Notes: generated by a model not told the origin, from the letters alone. Numbered from the whole stretch's first letter, positions 22,581 to 37,600 are shown. The stretch is DNA of 60,156 nt, filler included, from Hausera hauseri (GCA_046269625.1; 11 parts of 11 records of this genome joined end to end with filler, not necessarily neighbours in it); one strand, 5' to 3'. Made by a program: numbers and translations.

Positions 22581-23964
22581 AGTAGGAGGAAAGGAGCACG
22601 GCATCAAGACCCCCCCACTCTCGGAGAAAAATTGATGTGGTTCGCGGATGAGTCATGGGGTAGAAAAAACCATACACACACGCACGTTTAATAGGGCAGA
22701 GATAGGAGACACAGTTATGAAAGTGATACACAATCACGCGTACTGCATGGATTCGGAGTGGTTTAAAAAATTTGAATTTGCGCGAAAAAATTTTTTTGTT
22801 TAAATTTTGGTATATTTTGTTTAAATTTTGGGTAGTGAAAAATTGCTGTATTTTGTGGCCTTATTATGGTTTCACTATTCTCACCCCCGAGAAAAAAGCA
22901 TTTTCTGTCCCAGACTGGGTTTCATTATTTCCACCCTGTGAACAAAAGCATTGTGGCCTTATTATGGTTTCACTATTCCCAACCACACTGTTTCAATTTC
23001 ACAAAGTTCATATAAATACCCATGTGAAAGGTTTACTTATTAAAATGACCCAACCAATTAGCGTAAGAGTTTATCTAACTTATATTTTTGTGATAACTCT
23101 CATCACACCAATCATGATTAAACCGCTACCATGGAATTAAGTCTGAAAGAGTTTAATAAGCTACTTCGTCAACATACAAAGTACCCAATTCTGTTAAAAC
23201 AATAGATGGGTTGGAGACAGCAGACAGTGTCCACTAGNNNNNNNNNNNNNNNNNNNNNNNNNNNNNNNNNNNNNNNNNNNNTTAATTAATTAANNNNNNN
23301 NNNNNNNNNNNNNNNNNNNNNNNNNNNNNNNNNNNNNTCGTAGAATTATTGATTATCAGCTGTTTTTATGTAACTTTACCCATGATCACTTTTATTGTTG
23401 TTGTTGTTGTTGTTAATTAAAATAGCCAAAACGACTATATCTTTATTCGTATAGTATTGTTTGAAATACAGAAGGACAATGAAGTCCATGCCAAACTTTT
23501 ATTTTCTATTTATGTGGTATAACTAAATCTGAGTTTAATACAAAAATTATGATCACCCCCATACAAACCACGCGCATTAACCAATTCAGCAGGAGAATGA
23601 ACGGGTCCATCGGAATTAGTTATATTGAAATGTTGCTTGCAACAAATCTGATCTTCTGACTGATACGAAGAGAGATCTCGCCTGCTCATTATTCTCGTTT
23701 CTGAGTTCACACAAAAACTGTACATCAAACACATGTTTAGTCATTATGTCATCGGTCAATTTCTGAATCTCACTTTCAATGTACTATTCAATTTGATTGG
23801 TAGTGGTAGTAGTAGTAGAAGTATGGGGAACAAACGTTTATAACAAAGTAAGGCAATTTCACAGACCATTGGGGTTATAATGTTTAATTTTACAAGTATA
23901 TGTATTTTAATTTATTTTATTTATAATTTTTATTTATTTTAAATGTTAATTTGTTTAAATTTAG

Positions 23965-26900
23965 AAATGTGAGCAATACGCCATGTATTGCGTCTCGCGC
24001 ATACATGTGAAGGATCAGTGCCATCAACAGATGGCGAAGTATTACACAACTAGCGCGGACACGTGTTTCCAATGTGTGATATTCCAACCCGCTGTACGTA
24101 CCCTGATTTTTATGAGGTGCACAAGCATCATCTTGGCCCGTTTACGCGTTCAAAGAAGATAATGGTTGTGTATTGCCCCACACCCGCGAAACTTTAGTAG
24201 TAGAGTGCATGACGTTGATGGTTGCGATAGTGTAATGGAGTAGTACTATGGCGGTTCAACGGTGCACGGTAAACGGGCCTACGTTTGTCTCGGTTGTTCT
24301 ATAGTTGATTAAATCAACTATGAACAATTTTATACCCAGCACAAGGACCACTTGAACCAGTTTCAGCGTCCAAAAAGGAAATAGTGATGGCTACAAGAAA
24401 AACCAGTATACCCTCAAGAAGCAGGAAACGTCAGGCCTCAACAAGTCTTGACGACTTAATCTGAAACAGTACCGAACAGCAGCAGTAGCAGGAGCAGATG
24501 CAACAGTGGAAATCGTCCATTACTGTCAAGTACGATTTAAACGCATTGCACATGGACGTGAAATTAAACATGTCGGGTACAACAACACTACAGCTGAGGC
24601 ATGTTCTGTCCAGTGTGCGCAGCCGGTTGGAATTAAACGTACAGAAATTCAAACTGAACAACTGCAAAGTGCAATATTATGCATTTGCAGAATTTGAAAA
24701 CGTTGAACTTGACAGGAAACAATGTTATCTGTCACATAAAGCCGTACCGTATTCCGAAGATTTTATTGCCGACGTAGGAGAAAAGTTTGATGAGAAAATC
24801 GCCAACTATACCGAAAAGGGTAGTGGATGGCGAACTATACGAACTGTCACACTCGGCTTTATCATAACAAAGTCGAGTGGCGTGGTATATTTGGCTAGAC
24901 GGTCATTCATACCGATATCTGTATCTCTAAAGCAGCCTCTGACGGTAGTAAACGTACAAAATACTGACGACAAATACTGTATTCGGTACAGTATTCTGGT
25001 TGTATTGAAGTACAATGAAGTAAACAGATATCATGCAAATCGTCTAGATAAGTATCGGCAGTATTTTTCCGAATTTCAATTTGATGAATGCTGGATGTCG
25101 ATGAAACTGAAAACCATTCCGGCTTTTGAACGGCGAAATCTGATAATGCCAATCAATATTTTCCGGTACAACACAATAGTTGAATACCAAAAGACGAAAA
25201 AATTTATAAGAGCCCCCATGTGGACATAATTTATCGCAGTCAGAAACCAAATGGACGCTCGGTAAATTTGTTGCTGTTGAAGCAGGCCGACAAATTTATT
25301 TACGTGGCACTGAAAAATCTGGATAGACTGTTGAACATGGAGCATGACCAGTTCATCAAAAAACGAATACGGTGCAAATGGTGTCCTGTATGTCTGCATG
25401 GATTAAGATTGGAAACAACGTGGGAGAAACATGTCACGCTATGCAGGCAAAATTCATCAGGGTCAACAATGTACGTCATGCCCGTCCAAAAGGAGCTCAG
25501 ATTCAGTGATTGGTCTAAAATGGACAGACCGGCATATGTGGTGTATGCCGATATCGAAGCAATTCTACCACGGCACAATGTATATAATCAAAAGCACGTT
25601 CCAATTGCCGTCAGTATGTTTCTACTATCAATAAAAGCCGCCGGACAACCGCAGTATTACATTTTCCATGGTTGAAACTGTGTACATGATTTCCTGCAGA
25701 AGTTGGAAATCATAGTGAAACGGAAATCGCGTCGTGTTATGGCACCAATTGCAATAAACCATTGATTTGGGCAGACGAGTTTCAACCGTTACCTTTAGCT
25801 GTCACCGATGAATGCTATCTGCACCACAAAATAATACCTTTTGATGCAACGGAACTGCTCGTACCGGATCACGATCATTTCACCGGTCGATACTTGGGAG
25901 CAACATGCAATTCACGCAATTTAGCAAGGAGAGTGCGACCATTCCTGCCGGTGATCTTTCATAATTTCCGAGGTTATGACTGTCACCATGTTCTCAAATG
26001 GGCCATTAACGACTTCCGGAACTGGGAAATGTTCATAATCCCAACGACAATGGAGAAATGCTTATCGCTGTCGGCGCGCATAAACCGATTCCAGGTACGC
26101 TTTTTTGATTCATTGAAATTTCTCAATGAATCATTGGTAAAGCTGGTGAATGTCTTGCCAGATGTGCCGATAGCACTGACGCAGTTCCCTGAACATACTG
26201 AAAGCAGCAAAGGCATATTTTTATATGACTTTGGAATATCATATCAGCGACTCTGGACAGCAGAGGAATTACCGCCACGATGGACAGGTACATGTTGGAT
26301 TACATGATCCAGTATCTTAAACTGGACGTGTACTTATTAGCCGACGTGTTTCAAGCATTTAGGACCAAAGCGCAGGTGGAAGATATGTTGGAGCCACTTA
26401 ATTTTTATTCCTTACAGGGATTGAGTTGGGCGTCAGCTCTAATGTCACTGGATCGAGACATTAAGCTGCTGCAAGAACCCGAAATGTACCGGCTGTTTGA
26501 TGTTGGTATTCGCGGAGGCATGACATTTGTCAACAAGCATCAGGTCATTGCTGCCGATACCATATCACTGTTGTGTATTGATATTAATAACCTGTACGGC
26601 TGGGAGCTTTCGCAACCCTTGCCGTACGGTTCATTTGAATGTGTTGTTAACAGACAAGATCTGCACGACATAATGGTAAACCTACCACGAGCAGATATGG
26701 CAGGCTCAGTCAGATACCTGATGGAGGTCGATTTCAAGATACCAGATGAGCTGCATGACGTTTTGGATGATTTACCGGTCGCATCATTTAATCAATGTCC
26801 GCCGGGCACAAAAGTGAAGAAACTGCTCATGAGGCATGAACAGAATCTGAATTACATGGTCTATTGGCGTCTGCTATAGTTCTACATGCAGCTCGGTTCA

Positions 26901-27810
26901 CCGTCACACAGCTGCATCGTGCAATCCGATTTTCTCAGATTTTTATATTCAAGGTGTACATAGATGGAAATTCGGAGAAACGAGCCGCACCATGTAGAAA
27001 GTTCGAAAAGGACTACTACAAGCTGGAAAACAATTCCCTGTACGGGAAAACAGTGGAGAATCTGAAAAAGCGGATCAATGTGCTACTATGTAACTCGGAA
27101 AAGCGGCTAGTTACGTAAACTAACAAGGCACCGTTTTGGTGGTCAACGCACATTGCCCATGGATTGCTTTCCGTGTTTTAAACATGGAACAAGTCGTTCT
27201 AGACCGGCCATGTTGTTTATGACAACTGGTATTGGATCTGACCAAGTTGCGGATGTATGAGCTGCAGTATCGCGGTTTGGCACGTTACCAGCAAATGATT
27301 GGCGGCGACGAGATTAATATAATTTCCGATGACACAGATGGTTTTTTCTTAAAACTGGAAAACATCGATTGCGAACAACTACTGCGGCAAATGATGGCAG
27401 ACGGATTACTGGACATGTCCAATTACCTACAGAATCATCCGTTGTACAGCAACGCAGTCCCAAACAAACTCGGCTGCTTCAAGGATAAAAGTGAAGTTCG
27501 GCTTCAGTATCGGGAATGGATTTTTCTACGTCCAAAATGTTATAGCCTTTTAACTTACTGTGGGCCTAAATTGCGAGCCAAAGGAGTTCAGTTGACCCAG
27601 ATGGAAATAAACCACGGTGATTATTGCCGTATCTATGAAGTTAAAGAAGAACAATCAAAGGCTGTTGTGTCACATACGATCAACCGATCGATTGAGCACC
27701 AGCTGCATACGATAACCAATACAAAAGTCACTTTATGATGCAATGATGATAAATGAAAATGGATGGGGCGAAATGACAGTTGGACATACGGACATTGGCG
27801 TTTGGAATAA
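23965..27810 (+). pseudogene. polB: pPolB family 1, copy 2
   Basis: GSGWR, YADIEA, DHDHFTGRYLG, HNFRGYD, YLKLDVYLLADVF, GIRGG, IDINNLYG, NNSLYGKTVEN, DDTDG (degenerate motif C), RPKCY. Confidence 0.92.
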
Positions 27811-28069
27811 ACACGCACACATACACGCACGAATTCGGTGCTGATGATACAGATAGATCAAAATGACCCATTTACTATGGCAATTCATTGTGATCTGTGT
27901 GTGTTTTGTATAAATAATGTATATTGTTCGTTGCTTTTGCCTTTTGCTTTATTATCATTTAATTTATCTATATACATTAATATATTTAACTTAATGTGAC
28001 GAGAAACAATATGAAAAACAAAATCAATAAAATTTATTAATCATAAGCTAAAATCAAAAACAAGGTAAG

Positions 28070-28336
28070 TCAAATCTGCGCAAACTTTCCCAGCTTTCAT
28101 ATTGGTAATTTAACGCCGTGAAGATCCTTGTATCCTTTCAACTTCAATGTTAGATGGCCTTTAGCTCCTTCTGGTGGTAAAACTGCCGCTGCTGCTGCTG
28201 CTTTTTCTCCGCCATGTGAAATAACAATTTCCACCATATTTCCTTTAAGAAAAATCGACGATGTGCCTCGGATATCGTTAGTCCACACCAAATCACTGTC
28301 AACTCTTCTAATTGTGTCTTCCATTGTATCCAAATC
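28070..28336 (-). pseudogene. SSB-like paralog 1, 3' part (copy 2)
   Basis: DTMEDTIRRVDSDL..NDIRGTSSIFLKGNM...PEGAKGHLTLKLKGYK matches 5171-5643. Confidence 0.6.
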
Positions 28337-28539
28337 NNNNNNNNNNNNNNNNNNNNNNNNNNNNNNNNNNNNNNNNNNNNTTAATTAATTAANNNNNNNN
28401 NNNNNNNNNNNNNNNNNNNNNNNNNNNNNNNNNNNNAAGTAAATGTCTATTGTTTACAATGAAAACAAACCTTTGATATAAATAGAGATGCAATTTCATT
28501 TCACGTTTGTCTTATTTAAAAAATATCTTTGGGAAACAA

Positions 28540-28979
28540 TTCAACAAGTGACAGTCTTTCAAAAAAGCCAAGGTACAGCGAATATTTGCTCAAAATTTTC
28601 CAATTGTTTAATGGATACAAATTATATTATCTGCGCAACGCTATTTAATTGCCATTGACGAAAACGATCAAAATCAAACCGGTGAAATGTGGTCTATTGG
28701 TGAAAAAAAATCAGTGACGATGATTTTGATAAGATAGAAGACACAATTAGAAAAGTTTACAGTGATTTGATGTTGACTAACGATATCCGAGGCACATCGT
28801 AGATTTTTCTCAAAGGAAATATGGCGAAAATTATCAGTTCACATGGTGGAGAAACAGCAGAGACAGTTTTGCAACCGGAAGGAGCTAAAGGCTACCTGGA
28901 ACTGAAGCTCAAAGGTTTCAAGGAATGGAGCGGTGTCGAATCCCCAATATGGAAAATGAGGAAGTTTACTATAATTTAA
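28540..28979 (+). pseudogene. SSB-like paralog 1 (copy 3; not in ORF track)
   Basis: LFNGYKLYYLRNAI*LPL...NDIRGTS*IFLKGNM...PEGAKGYLELKLKGFKEWSGVESPIWKMRKF. Confidence 0.6.
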
Positions 28980-29282
28980 CTGACTTACTTTGTATATTTT
29001 TGTGATTTTAGTTTTTCTCCGATCAGTAAATAAATGTATTCGTGTTAAATATATTTTGTTTTCTCTTGCAAGGTTATTGTTTTACTTTTACTTCTATCTT
29101 ACTTAATAATAATATATTAAGTAAGTAACCAAAAGCAAAACACAAAAAACACTGAACAAAATACGTTATTAAAATATAAAGAACAATATACATAGGATAA
29201 TTGTCAATGATTATCACAGTAACAGAACTGAACTAAACTTATTTGTCTGAACCGACAGAGCACCGATTGTTTGGACGTGCGT

Positions 29283-32200
29283 TTATTTCAGCCGCCAATG
29301 TCCATACGCCCAACTCTTATTTCGCCCACCTACTTTCGCTTATCATCGTTACATGACAAAGTGACTTTCACACTAGTTATTGTGTACAGCTGGTACTCCA
29401 TTGAACGGATGATCGTTTAAGACACAACAGCCACTGATTGTCCTCCTTCTGCCGTTTCTTTATATATACAGCGATAATCACCGTCTGTCTCAGCTGGACT
29501 CCTTTTGCACGCATTTTCGGTCCACAGTTCGTCAAAAAACTGTGTAGGAATATCCATCCCCGATACCGGACACGACCTTCACTTTCAACCTTGAAGCAAC
29601 CGATTTTCTTGGTGATCGCGGTGCTGTACAATGGATGATGCGGTATATAGTTGGACGTGTCCAGTAGTTTATCTGAGTGCATTTGCTACAGTAGCTGTTC
29701 GCGATTGACTTTTGTCAGATGCAGGAAAAAACTGCCTGTGCCACCGACAATTATACCAATGTCACAGCCGTTAAACACTGACCGATAACGTGCCAAATCG
29801 CAATATTGCAGCTCATACATCCGCAACTTGCTTAGGTCCAATACCACTTGTCCGATTTAACTTGGCTGGTCCAGAACGACGTCTTCTCTGTTTAACAGCA
29901 CCGCAATTAATCCATCGGCAATGTATATTGACCGCCGAAACTGCGCCTTACGTGTGTATGTGACTAACCGCTATTTGCTATTGCATAGGCGTACACTGAG
30001 CCGCCTTTTCAAATTCACCACTGTTTTTCGTACAGGGAATTGTTTTTAAGCTTGTAGTAATCCTTTTCGAACTTTGTACAAGCTGCGGCTCGTTTCTCCG
30101 AATTTCCATCTATGTACGCCTTGAATATTGGAGCCTGAGCAAATCGGATTGCACTATGCAGTTGTGTGACGCGTACGCAGAGCTGCATGTAGAACTGTAA
30201 CAGGCGCCAATGGACAACGTAATTCAGCTTCGGTTCATGCGTCATAAGCAGTTTCTTTATTTTTAAGCCTGGCGGGTATTGGTTAAATGGTGCGACCGGT
30301 AAATCGGCTAAAACGTCATGCAGCTCATCTGGTACCACGAGATCGACATTCATTAGGTATCCGACTGAGCCTGCCATAACTACTGGTGGTAGGGTGACCA
30401 TTATGTCGTCCAGGTCTTGACTGTCGACAACCAATTCGAATGAACTGTACGGTAATGGTTGCGAAAGCGCCCAGCCATACAGGTTCTTAATATTAATATA
30501 CAGCAGTGATGGAATATCTGTAGCATGGACCTGATGCTTGTTGACAAATGTCATGCCGTCGCGAATACCAAAATCAATCAGCCGATACATTTCCGGGTCT
30601 TGCAACAACTCAATGTCTCAGTCCAATGACATTAGAGCTGTCGCCAAACTCATTCCCGGTATGGAATAAAAATTGAGTGTCTCCAGCCTATCTTCAGCCA
30701 AGGCTTTTGCTCGAAACGCCTGGAACACATCGGCCAATAAGTACACATCCAGTTTAAGGTACTAGAGCATGTACTCCAACATGTTTCTACAAGCGAGCTC
30801 TGTCCAAGATTCTTGTGCTATATGATATTCAGGTTTTGTTATACCTGTCCATCGCGGAGGTAAGTCCTCTGTTGTCCGGAGTGGCTCATATGATGTTGCA
30901 AAGTCATGTGAAAATATGCCTTTACTGCTTGCAATATATGTGGAAACTGCTTTGAGGTTATCGGCACATCCCGCAAGACATTTACCAGCTTCGCCAGTGG
31001 TTTATTGAGAAATTTCAATAAATCAAGGAAGCGTACATGGAACCGGTTTATGCGTGCTGACAGGGACAGATACTTCCCAATTGTTGTTGGGATTATGGAC
31101 AGTTCCCAGTGCAGAAATCCGTCGATGGCCCATTTCAGTATATGGTGACAATCATAACCTCGGAAATTATGAAAGATTACCTGTAGGAATGGCCGCACAC
31201 GCCTTGCTAAATTGCATGAATTACATTCTGTTCCCAGGTATCGACCGATAAAATAGTCGTGATCCAGTACGAGTCGTTCCTGTGCATCAAACGGTAATAT
31301 TTTGTGTCACAGATAACATTCATATATCACTGCAAACGTCAGGCGTTTATCTTCATCTGTCCAAATCATGGGTTTTGTGCTGTTATTGGGATACCATGTT
31401 GCGATTTCCGATTAAACTATTGTTTCCAAATGATGCAGGAAATCACGCACACAGTTCCAGTGTAAAATATGTAATAATGCGGTTGACCTGGGACAACCAA
31501 CATTCCGACGGCAATTGAAACATGTTTTTGATCGTATACGTCGTGTCGTGGTAGGATTGCCTCAATATCAACATATATCACATATGCTGGACTGTCCGTT
31601 TTAGACCAGTCACTAAATCGCAGCTCCTTTCTGACTGGCATGACGTAAATTGTTGTTCCTGATGCCTTATGTCTGCACAGGGTCACATGTTTTTCCCACG
31701 TGGTTTCTGATATGAAGCCATGCAGACATGTAGGACCCCATTAACAACGTATTTGTTTTTGGCCAAACTGATGGTGATCCATGTTCAACAGTCGGTCCAA
31801 ATTTGTCACGGCCACGTAATAAAAATTTTCTGCCTGCTCGAACAATAACAAATTTAATGTGCGTCCATTCGGGTTCCGACTTCGATAGATTATATCCACA
31901 TGTGGATTCTTGTAAATTTCTTTGTCTGCTGGTATTTCAACTATTGTATTGCAGCGGAACACGTTGATTGACAGCGTCGGATTACGACGTTCAAATGTTT
32001 GAATGGTTTTTAGTTTTATCGGCATCCAGTTTTCGTCCAATTGCAATTCGGAAAAATACTGCCGATACTGATTTGGACGATATGCACTATGTCTGTCAAC
32101 TTCGTCATATTTTAATACCGCCAGATTACTGTAAATAAAACAGTAATCACCGTCTGTGTTTTTTACATTCACTACTGCATAAGAGTGCTTTAGAGCTTTA

Positions 32201-33148
32201 GGTGTTGGTATGAATGAAAGTTCTGACAGGTAAATTATGTCACTCGACTTTGTTATAATAAAACCAAGAGTGACAATTTTTATTATTCGCCAACCACTGC
32301 CCTTTTCTGTGTAGTTGGCAGTTTTTTCGTCCAGCATTTCGCCTATGTCGGCAATGAAATCTTTGGAACATGGAACTGCTCGATGTGACAGGTACCATTG
32401 TTTCGTGTCACCCTGAAGATTCTCAAATTCTGCAAGTGCATAATATTGCACTTTGAAGTTGTGGTGTTTGAGTTTCTCCGCCTCGGTTTCTAACCAGTTG
32501 CGCACATGAACGGATAAATGCATCAGTTGAGTTGCTTATTCGCCGACATGTTTACTTTTATGTAAACGTACGATCTGTTTAGGTCGTAATTGACAGTAAT
32601 GGGCGGTTCCTGCTGCTGCCGATGTTCTATATTGCTGCTTTTCAGGTATTCGTCAAGACTTGTTGATGCTTGGTGCTTCCTGCTTGTTGACGGAATACTG
32701 CTTTTTGCTGAATCCATTAATATTTCCTTTTTGGATCTCTGAAACTGGTTCAAGTGGTCCTTGTGCTCATTATCAAATTGTTCATAGTTGATTTCATAAA
32801 TTATAGAACAACCGAAACAGACGTAGGCCCGTTTACTGTGCAGCGTTGTGGTGCCATAGTACTGCTACGTTTACTATGGCAACCATCAACGTTGTGCACT
32901 TTGCTAGTACAATACTTTGGATACAAGGGGCAATGCACTAGCATCATCTTCTTTGACCGTGTAAACGGTCCGAGATAATGCATGTGCACATCATAAAAGT
33001 CGGCGCATGGACATTGGGGCGTTGAAACATTACACGTTGGACACAAGTTAGTGTCCTCCCCAATTTAATAATACTGTGTCATCTGTTTGTGACATTATCC
33101 ACCTTCATGTATGCGAAAGACGCAGTACATGGGGTATTGAGAACATTT
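29283..33148 (-). pseudogene. polB: pPolB family 1, copy 3; the end of the Cys/His module is in frame with the start of the pol N-terminal region
   Basis: Same motif series as copies 1 and 2. ORF 32523-32753 reads NQFQRSKKEILMDS... across the position where copy 1 has TAA. Confidence 0.92.
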
Positions 33149-33315
33149 CTGAATTTAAAGTAATTTAAAGCAATGTTAAATTACAAACAAATAAAATATT
33201 AATTATAAATAAATAAATTTAACTACAACGCACCATAACTTATTCCCCTTACTGCAGTCTCAGACGTCACCTAAATCGTCTATAAACGTTTAGTAACATT
33301 GGTACTGTAAATCAA

Positions 33316-33567
33316 ATGGGGGAGTATATTGAAAGCGAAATTCGGAAATTAATTGATTAGATAATGACCGGATATGTGTTTGACGTTCAGTATCTATGTG
33401 AGCTTACAGAAACCAAAATAAGAAACAGGCGAGAGTATATTGAATTAATAGTCAGATCTCTATTCACACAAAGCATCAAAGATGAAATGAGACGAAAGTG
33501 GCAGCGAATTAATTTCCTTATTAGACTCACACTTTCTGTTTCATTTTGTATAGTAATCAAAAACTGA
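33316..33567 (+). pseudogene. Small orphan with hydrophobic C-tail (copy 3)
   Basis: MGEYIESEIRKLID*IMTGYVFDVQYLCEL...DEMRRKWQRINFLIRLTLSVSFCIVIKN, homologous to 550-828. Confidence 0.65.
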
Positions 33568-34699
33568 ATGACCATATTTAACCTCTTTTTGTTTTTGTAC
33601 TATACTATTTCGCTAAATGTTTGTTTTTATGCGTCAATTACATTTATTTCGTTTCTTTGTTACATTACTGTATAAATACCAATGCTTTTTTCTGTTCGTA
33701 TATAATTATAAAATGACTCATTTATCGTAACTCATTCGACTATATTNNNNNNNNNNNNNNNNNNNNNNNNNNNNNNNNNNNNNNNNNNNNTTAATTAATT
33801 AANNNNNNNNNNNNNNNNNNNNNNNNNNNNNNNNNNNNNNNNNNNNCGTGTCCTCTTCCCATTCGCCAGTTTCCCTTCCCCTCGATGACGTGTTCTCCTC
33901 CTATTGGCTTCCTTCCTTCCCTGTGGGGGGGGCTTGGTGCCAACTCCTCCCTTCCTACTATTATCAACAGAGCTTTTCCTTTGGTCGCTGGGTACTGAAA
34001 TTAGCGTCCATTCCATAAAATTTTCCTTATCCCAATCAGGAATACCCATCCTTTAGTATTGTTGCTTTAGATGTATCCAAACGTGTGTCTCTATCAGAGC
34101 AGTCAATCTCTTAGTTTCTAGTTTTGAACGGAACACTGGGGTTAAGTTTCTCCCTAGTTCTGGGTCCTTTCGAGCATATGCATTTTCATTCACGATCCTT
34201 CTTGGAGCGGTAGAAATATAAAACAAGGCCTCCTTGATCTTGCCTTTCGGGTTCTCCTTGATGTTGATCTTGATTCGGCCATGATTAAAATCATAGGATA
34301 TTCTTTGATTTGGCCAAAATCCAGTACTATTATGGGAACGGGTTCTTCATTTGTTTTCCTTAGAACATTTACTTCTGTTGTCCTGGTTTTTCTGGTTTCT
34401 TCTTTAAGCGGTTATTCATAGCGGAAGATTTTTGTTCTTTCTTCAGTGGTTTTTTTGATTTTTGTCGTTTCGGTTTTGTTTTGGGATTCGTTGGTTCTTT
34501 ATGTTTTTTTATTTCTGTTTCGTCTCTTTCTGTTTGGTTGAATGGTAGAATATTGTTCGGTTGATCTGCTTTTTGTGGACGGTTATTAGCTGTATTCTTT
34601 TTCCTTATGTAATGACAAAGGGAAAGTTTCAATTTCTGTTTTTCTGATTTTTTGTAACTTTTAGTGTTTATTTCTGGTGAACGCCTTATCTGTGTATGA

Positions 34700-37600
34700 C
34701 AACAGATTTGCAACAATTCATGGTGATTTGTGGGATCTATCCATTTCCATTGAATTCCTTTTTTAAGCAAAAGATATAATGGTGTATTTATCTTCGAATT
34801 GTCTTGTACGTACGTAGCGTAGAATCCATGCAGGCCTAATCACTGTCTAAACTCTTTTTGGTTCTGTCTGATATTTTGTTTAACAATGATTTATCGGGTT
34901 TGATCCTTCTTCTCCAACTATATATCCAAGATTGGATACTGCATTTTGGGTCCATTTACATTTCTTATGATTCAGCTTCAATCCTGCTTGATTCAATCTC
35001 ATGAGCGTATTTTTAATATCTTTTCAGTGTTTCTCTTCCGTACTTGACGCGATCATTACGTCGTCCTAATATGAAAATGCATGTAAGAGTCCCATGAGCA
35101 TTTTGTTCATCATGCGGGCGAAAATAACTGGTCCTGTTTTTACCAGGGGTGTTCAAATATCAACCAGATTTTGTAAATTCTGGACAGATATGAAAGTGCA
35201 TAAAAAGGCAGACTATTCATACTGATAAAGTATGTTGATCTTTATTTAACCTTCATAAAAATTTTAATTTCTTTGTTGATATGTGAAATAATGTTATTGA
35301 ATGCTAGGAGCTATGTTAGTGAGTGAACAGGCTACGAGGGATGTTCAAATATAAACCGATTGTGGCATATGGGGCAATATTCATTTCATTCTTTAGTCTT
35401 CCATCATGGATAATGTTTTCAAATGTTGTACGGCCTTTCTTAAAATACTTACTTCATTCATACACCTGAGTACTTGAGAGCGTTTCATCACCATTTTGCG
35501 CTTGGATCATTGTAAAAATTTCAACAGGTTTTATATTTTCATTCATAAGAAATTTAGTATTAATCCGTTGTGCAACAAATGTAGAGATAGCCTCTTCTCT
35601 CATTACAGAAGTCGAAAAAGAAATAATGACAAAACTACGCATTAAAACTAACATAGCTACTAACATTTAATCACATTATTTCACATAGCAAAAAATTTAA
35701 ATTTTTATAAAGGTTAAATGANNNNNNNNNNATTTTATCATATTTTAGTCTGCTTTTTATGCACTTTCATATCTGTCCCGATTTTAAGAAATTCAGTTTA
35801 CATTTGAACATTCCTCGAATTCCGAATGGCATAAAGTTACATTCGTATACGCCAAAATAATTTTTTAATGCAGTCTTTATCCTCTATTTCTACTTGCCAG
35901 TATCCGAATTGCAAGTGTAGTGTGGTAAACCATTTTGCTCCCGAGAGCCTATCTAAATCTTCTTTCACAAAAGGTAATAGAAAAGAGTATTTCGTCATGA
36001 GTGTTCAGTGCTCTATAATTGATACAAAATCGATGTTTTGGGGAACATTTCTTTTTAACCATAAGTATAGGCGAATACCAAGATCTGTAACTCGGTGTGA
36101 TTATGTTAGCTTTAAGCATTCGTTCGATTTCATTTGTTATTTCGGGCCTCAATGAGTGCGGTTAGGATTACCAATTGGGCATCTTTTAATTTTCAAGATC
36201 GATTTAATTATTTGAACCAGGCTTTTTCTTAAGTGGAGTCGTTAATTTCAGAGCTTCAACTCTGCCAATATCTTATTCGCCTTTAGCGATAATTGATTTA
36301 TAACGTCACAGGAGATCATAAAAGAGACAATATGATTCTGGTGAGAATTTTGTTAAAACTTGAGGTGGAAATTCAGTACATTTGTAAGGTTTGTCTTCAA
36401 TGTTTATCGACGACACTTTATACATATGACCCACAGTAATGTTGGCGTAAAATTTTATTGGAATTGAAGCATTGTTAGCTATTCTGATCGGTACACGGCA
36501 TGCTGATATTCTTGTTCATATATTACTGAGCACGATGTTCGGATTTAACGTTTATTTTGGTTCACAATGTACTGGTTTATCGTCATCTTTGCGAATTTGT
36601 GCACAAATCGGAATCTTTGTTATGATGAATATTCTCATCCACCGGAATCTATACTTTTCAAAATTTTCTATCTTTAGTAGTTTTTACTTTTTTTATTGGT
36701 GAAAGTTTTATCAATTTTCCAGCAAAAAAGTTTATTGATGCATTTGGCAATTTTTATAGCAAATTGCATCCTAATGCCACATCATCCCTCAGTTGTTTGA
36801 TTATTGAAAATTCTTTGTAAAATGATCATCCTATTATGTGAATTTTCAGATTCCATCGGGACTTGCTTTTTGATAACAATCGAAAAGCTCCAATGCTTCC
36901 ACAATATGTTGCTGGTAGTGGGTATAATTATTTCTGTAAAACTTATGGTATTTAGTGGTGTTTTATCAATGATACTTCGGATCCAGTGTCTAGAGGTTCA
37001 TAGATTTCCTAATCGTCTATATGAATTTTAGCAAAGTGTCTTCCTTCTATTACTGTACCATAGCAATTTGGTGCCACGTTAGGATGCTTGACTACTGATA
37101 CCTTTTATCCATTAATTCTAATTTCTGAGGCTGTGACTGGTTGATCAGCTAACTGTCTCAGTTCTCTATTCGAATATAGTCAATTATTTACATAATTGAC
37201 AGTTTACGTTTCTTTACTTCTAGTTATTGACTATCATTCTTGAGTTATGAAAGTTTGCATTTCGCGGTCTCTTGAAAACGTTGATTGTATTTCACTGTCT
37301 CTGGATATTCTTGACAAATGCAATATTTTATGGTCGTCAACTGATTGGCATCGGTACAGAGCAGATGTCCCTTTTGTTTCGTGCATTTTCCTTAGCACAA
37401 CGTAATGTTTCGTTCCTTCATAAGGATCTTCAAAACTAAACGGTTTCTATAGATATCCGTTTGATACGAACTCATCGATCGTTTGTCGCAATCTTCATAT
37501 ACTGATGCACTTGGCGGTAATACTGGTAGGGGTGATTTCATAACGGAGTAGTTTTTATGGCTATTTATCCTGTAGACGGCGTCTCTTCCCGTAGGCTCGT

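Larger units (their letters stand above)
23338..28336. mobile_element. Family 1 pPolB element, copy 2 (internal deletion fuses the two orphan genes)
   Basis: Colinear with copy 1. 23600-23665 matches bases 10-70 and then jumps to the equivalent of ~680-830. Confidence 0.85.
28437..33746. mobile_element. Family 1 pPolB element, copy 3 (opposite orientation)
   Basis: SSB-like (+), polB (-), TM orphan (+) and the start of the second orphan (+33713). Same order as copy 1. Confidence 0.85.

Noticed and set aside
22790-22980. Short direct repeats (28-bp TTGTGGCCTTATTATGGTTTCACTATTC x2) and ORF 22772-23140
   Set aside because: Local duplication in non-coding repeat DNA; the ORF has no recognisable protein features.
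23338-33746. Apparent 10-kb inverted duplication or palindromic element (copy 2 versus copy 3)
   Set aside because: The two arms are separate contigs joined by an artificial linker and are substantially diverged, so their orientation is arbitrary.
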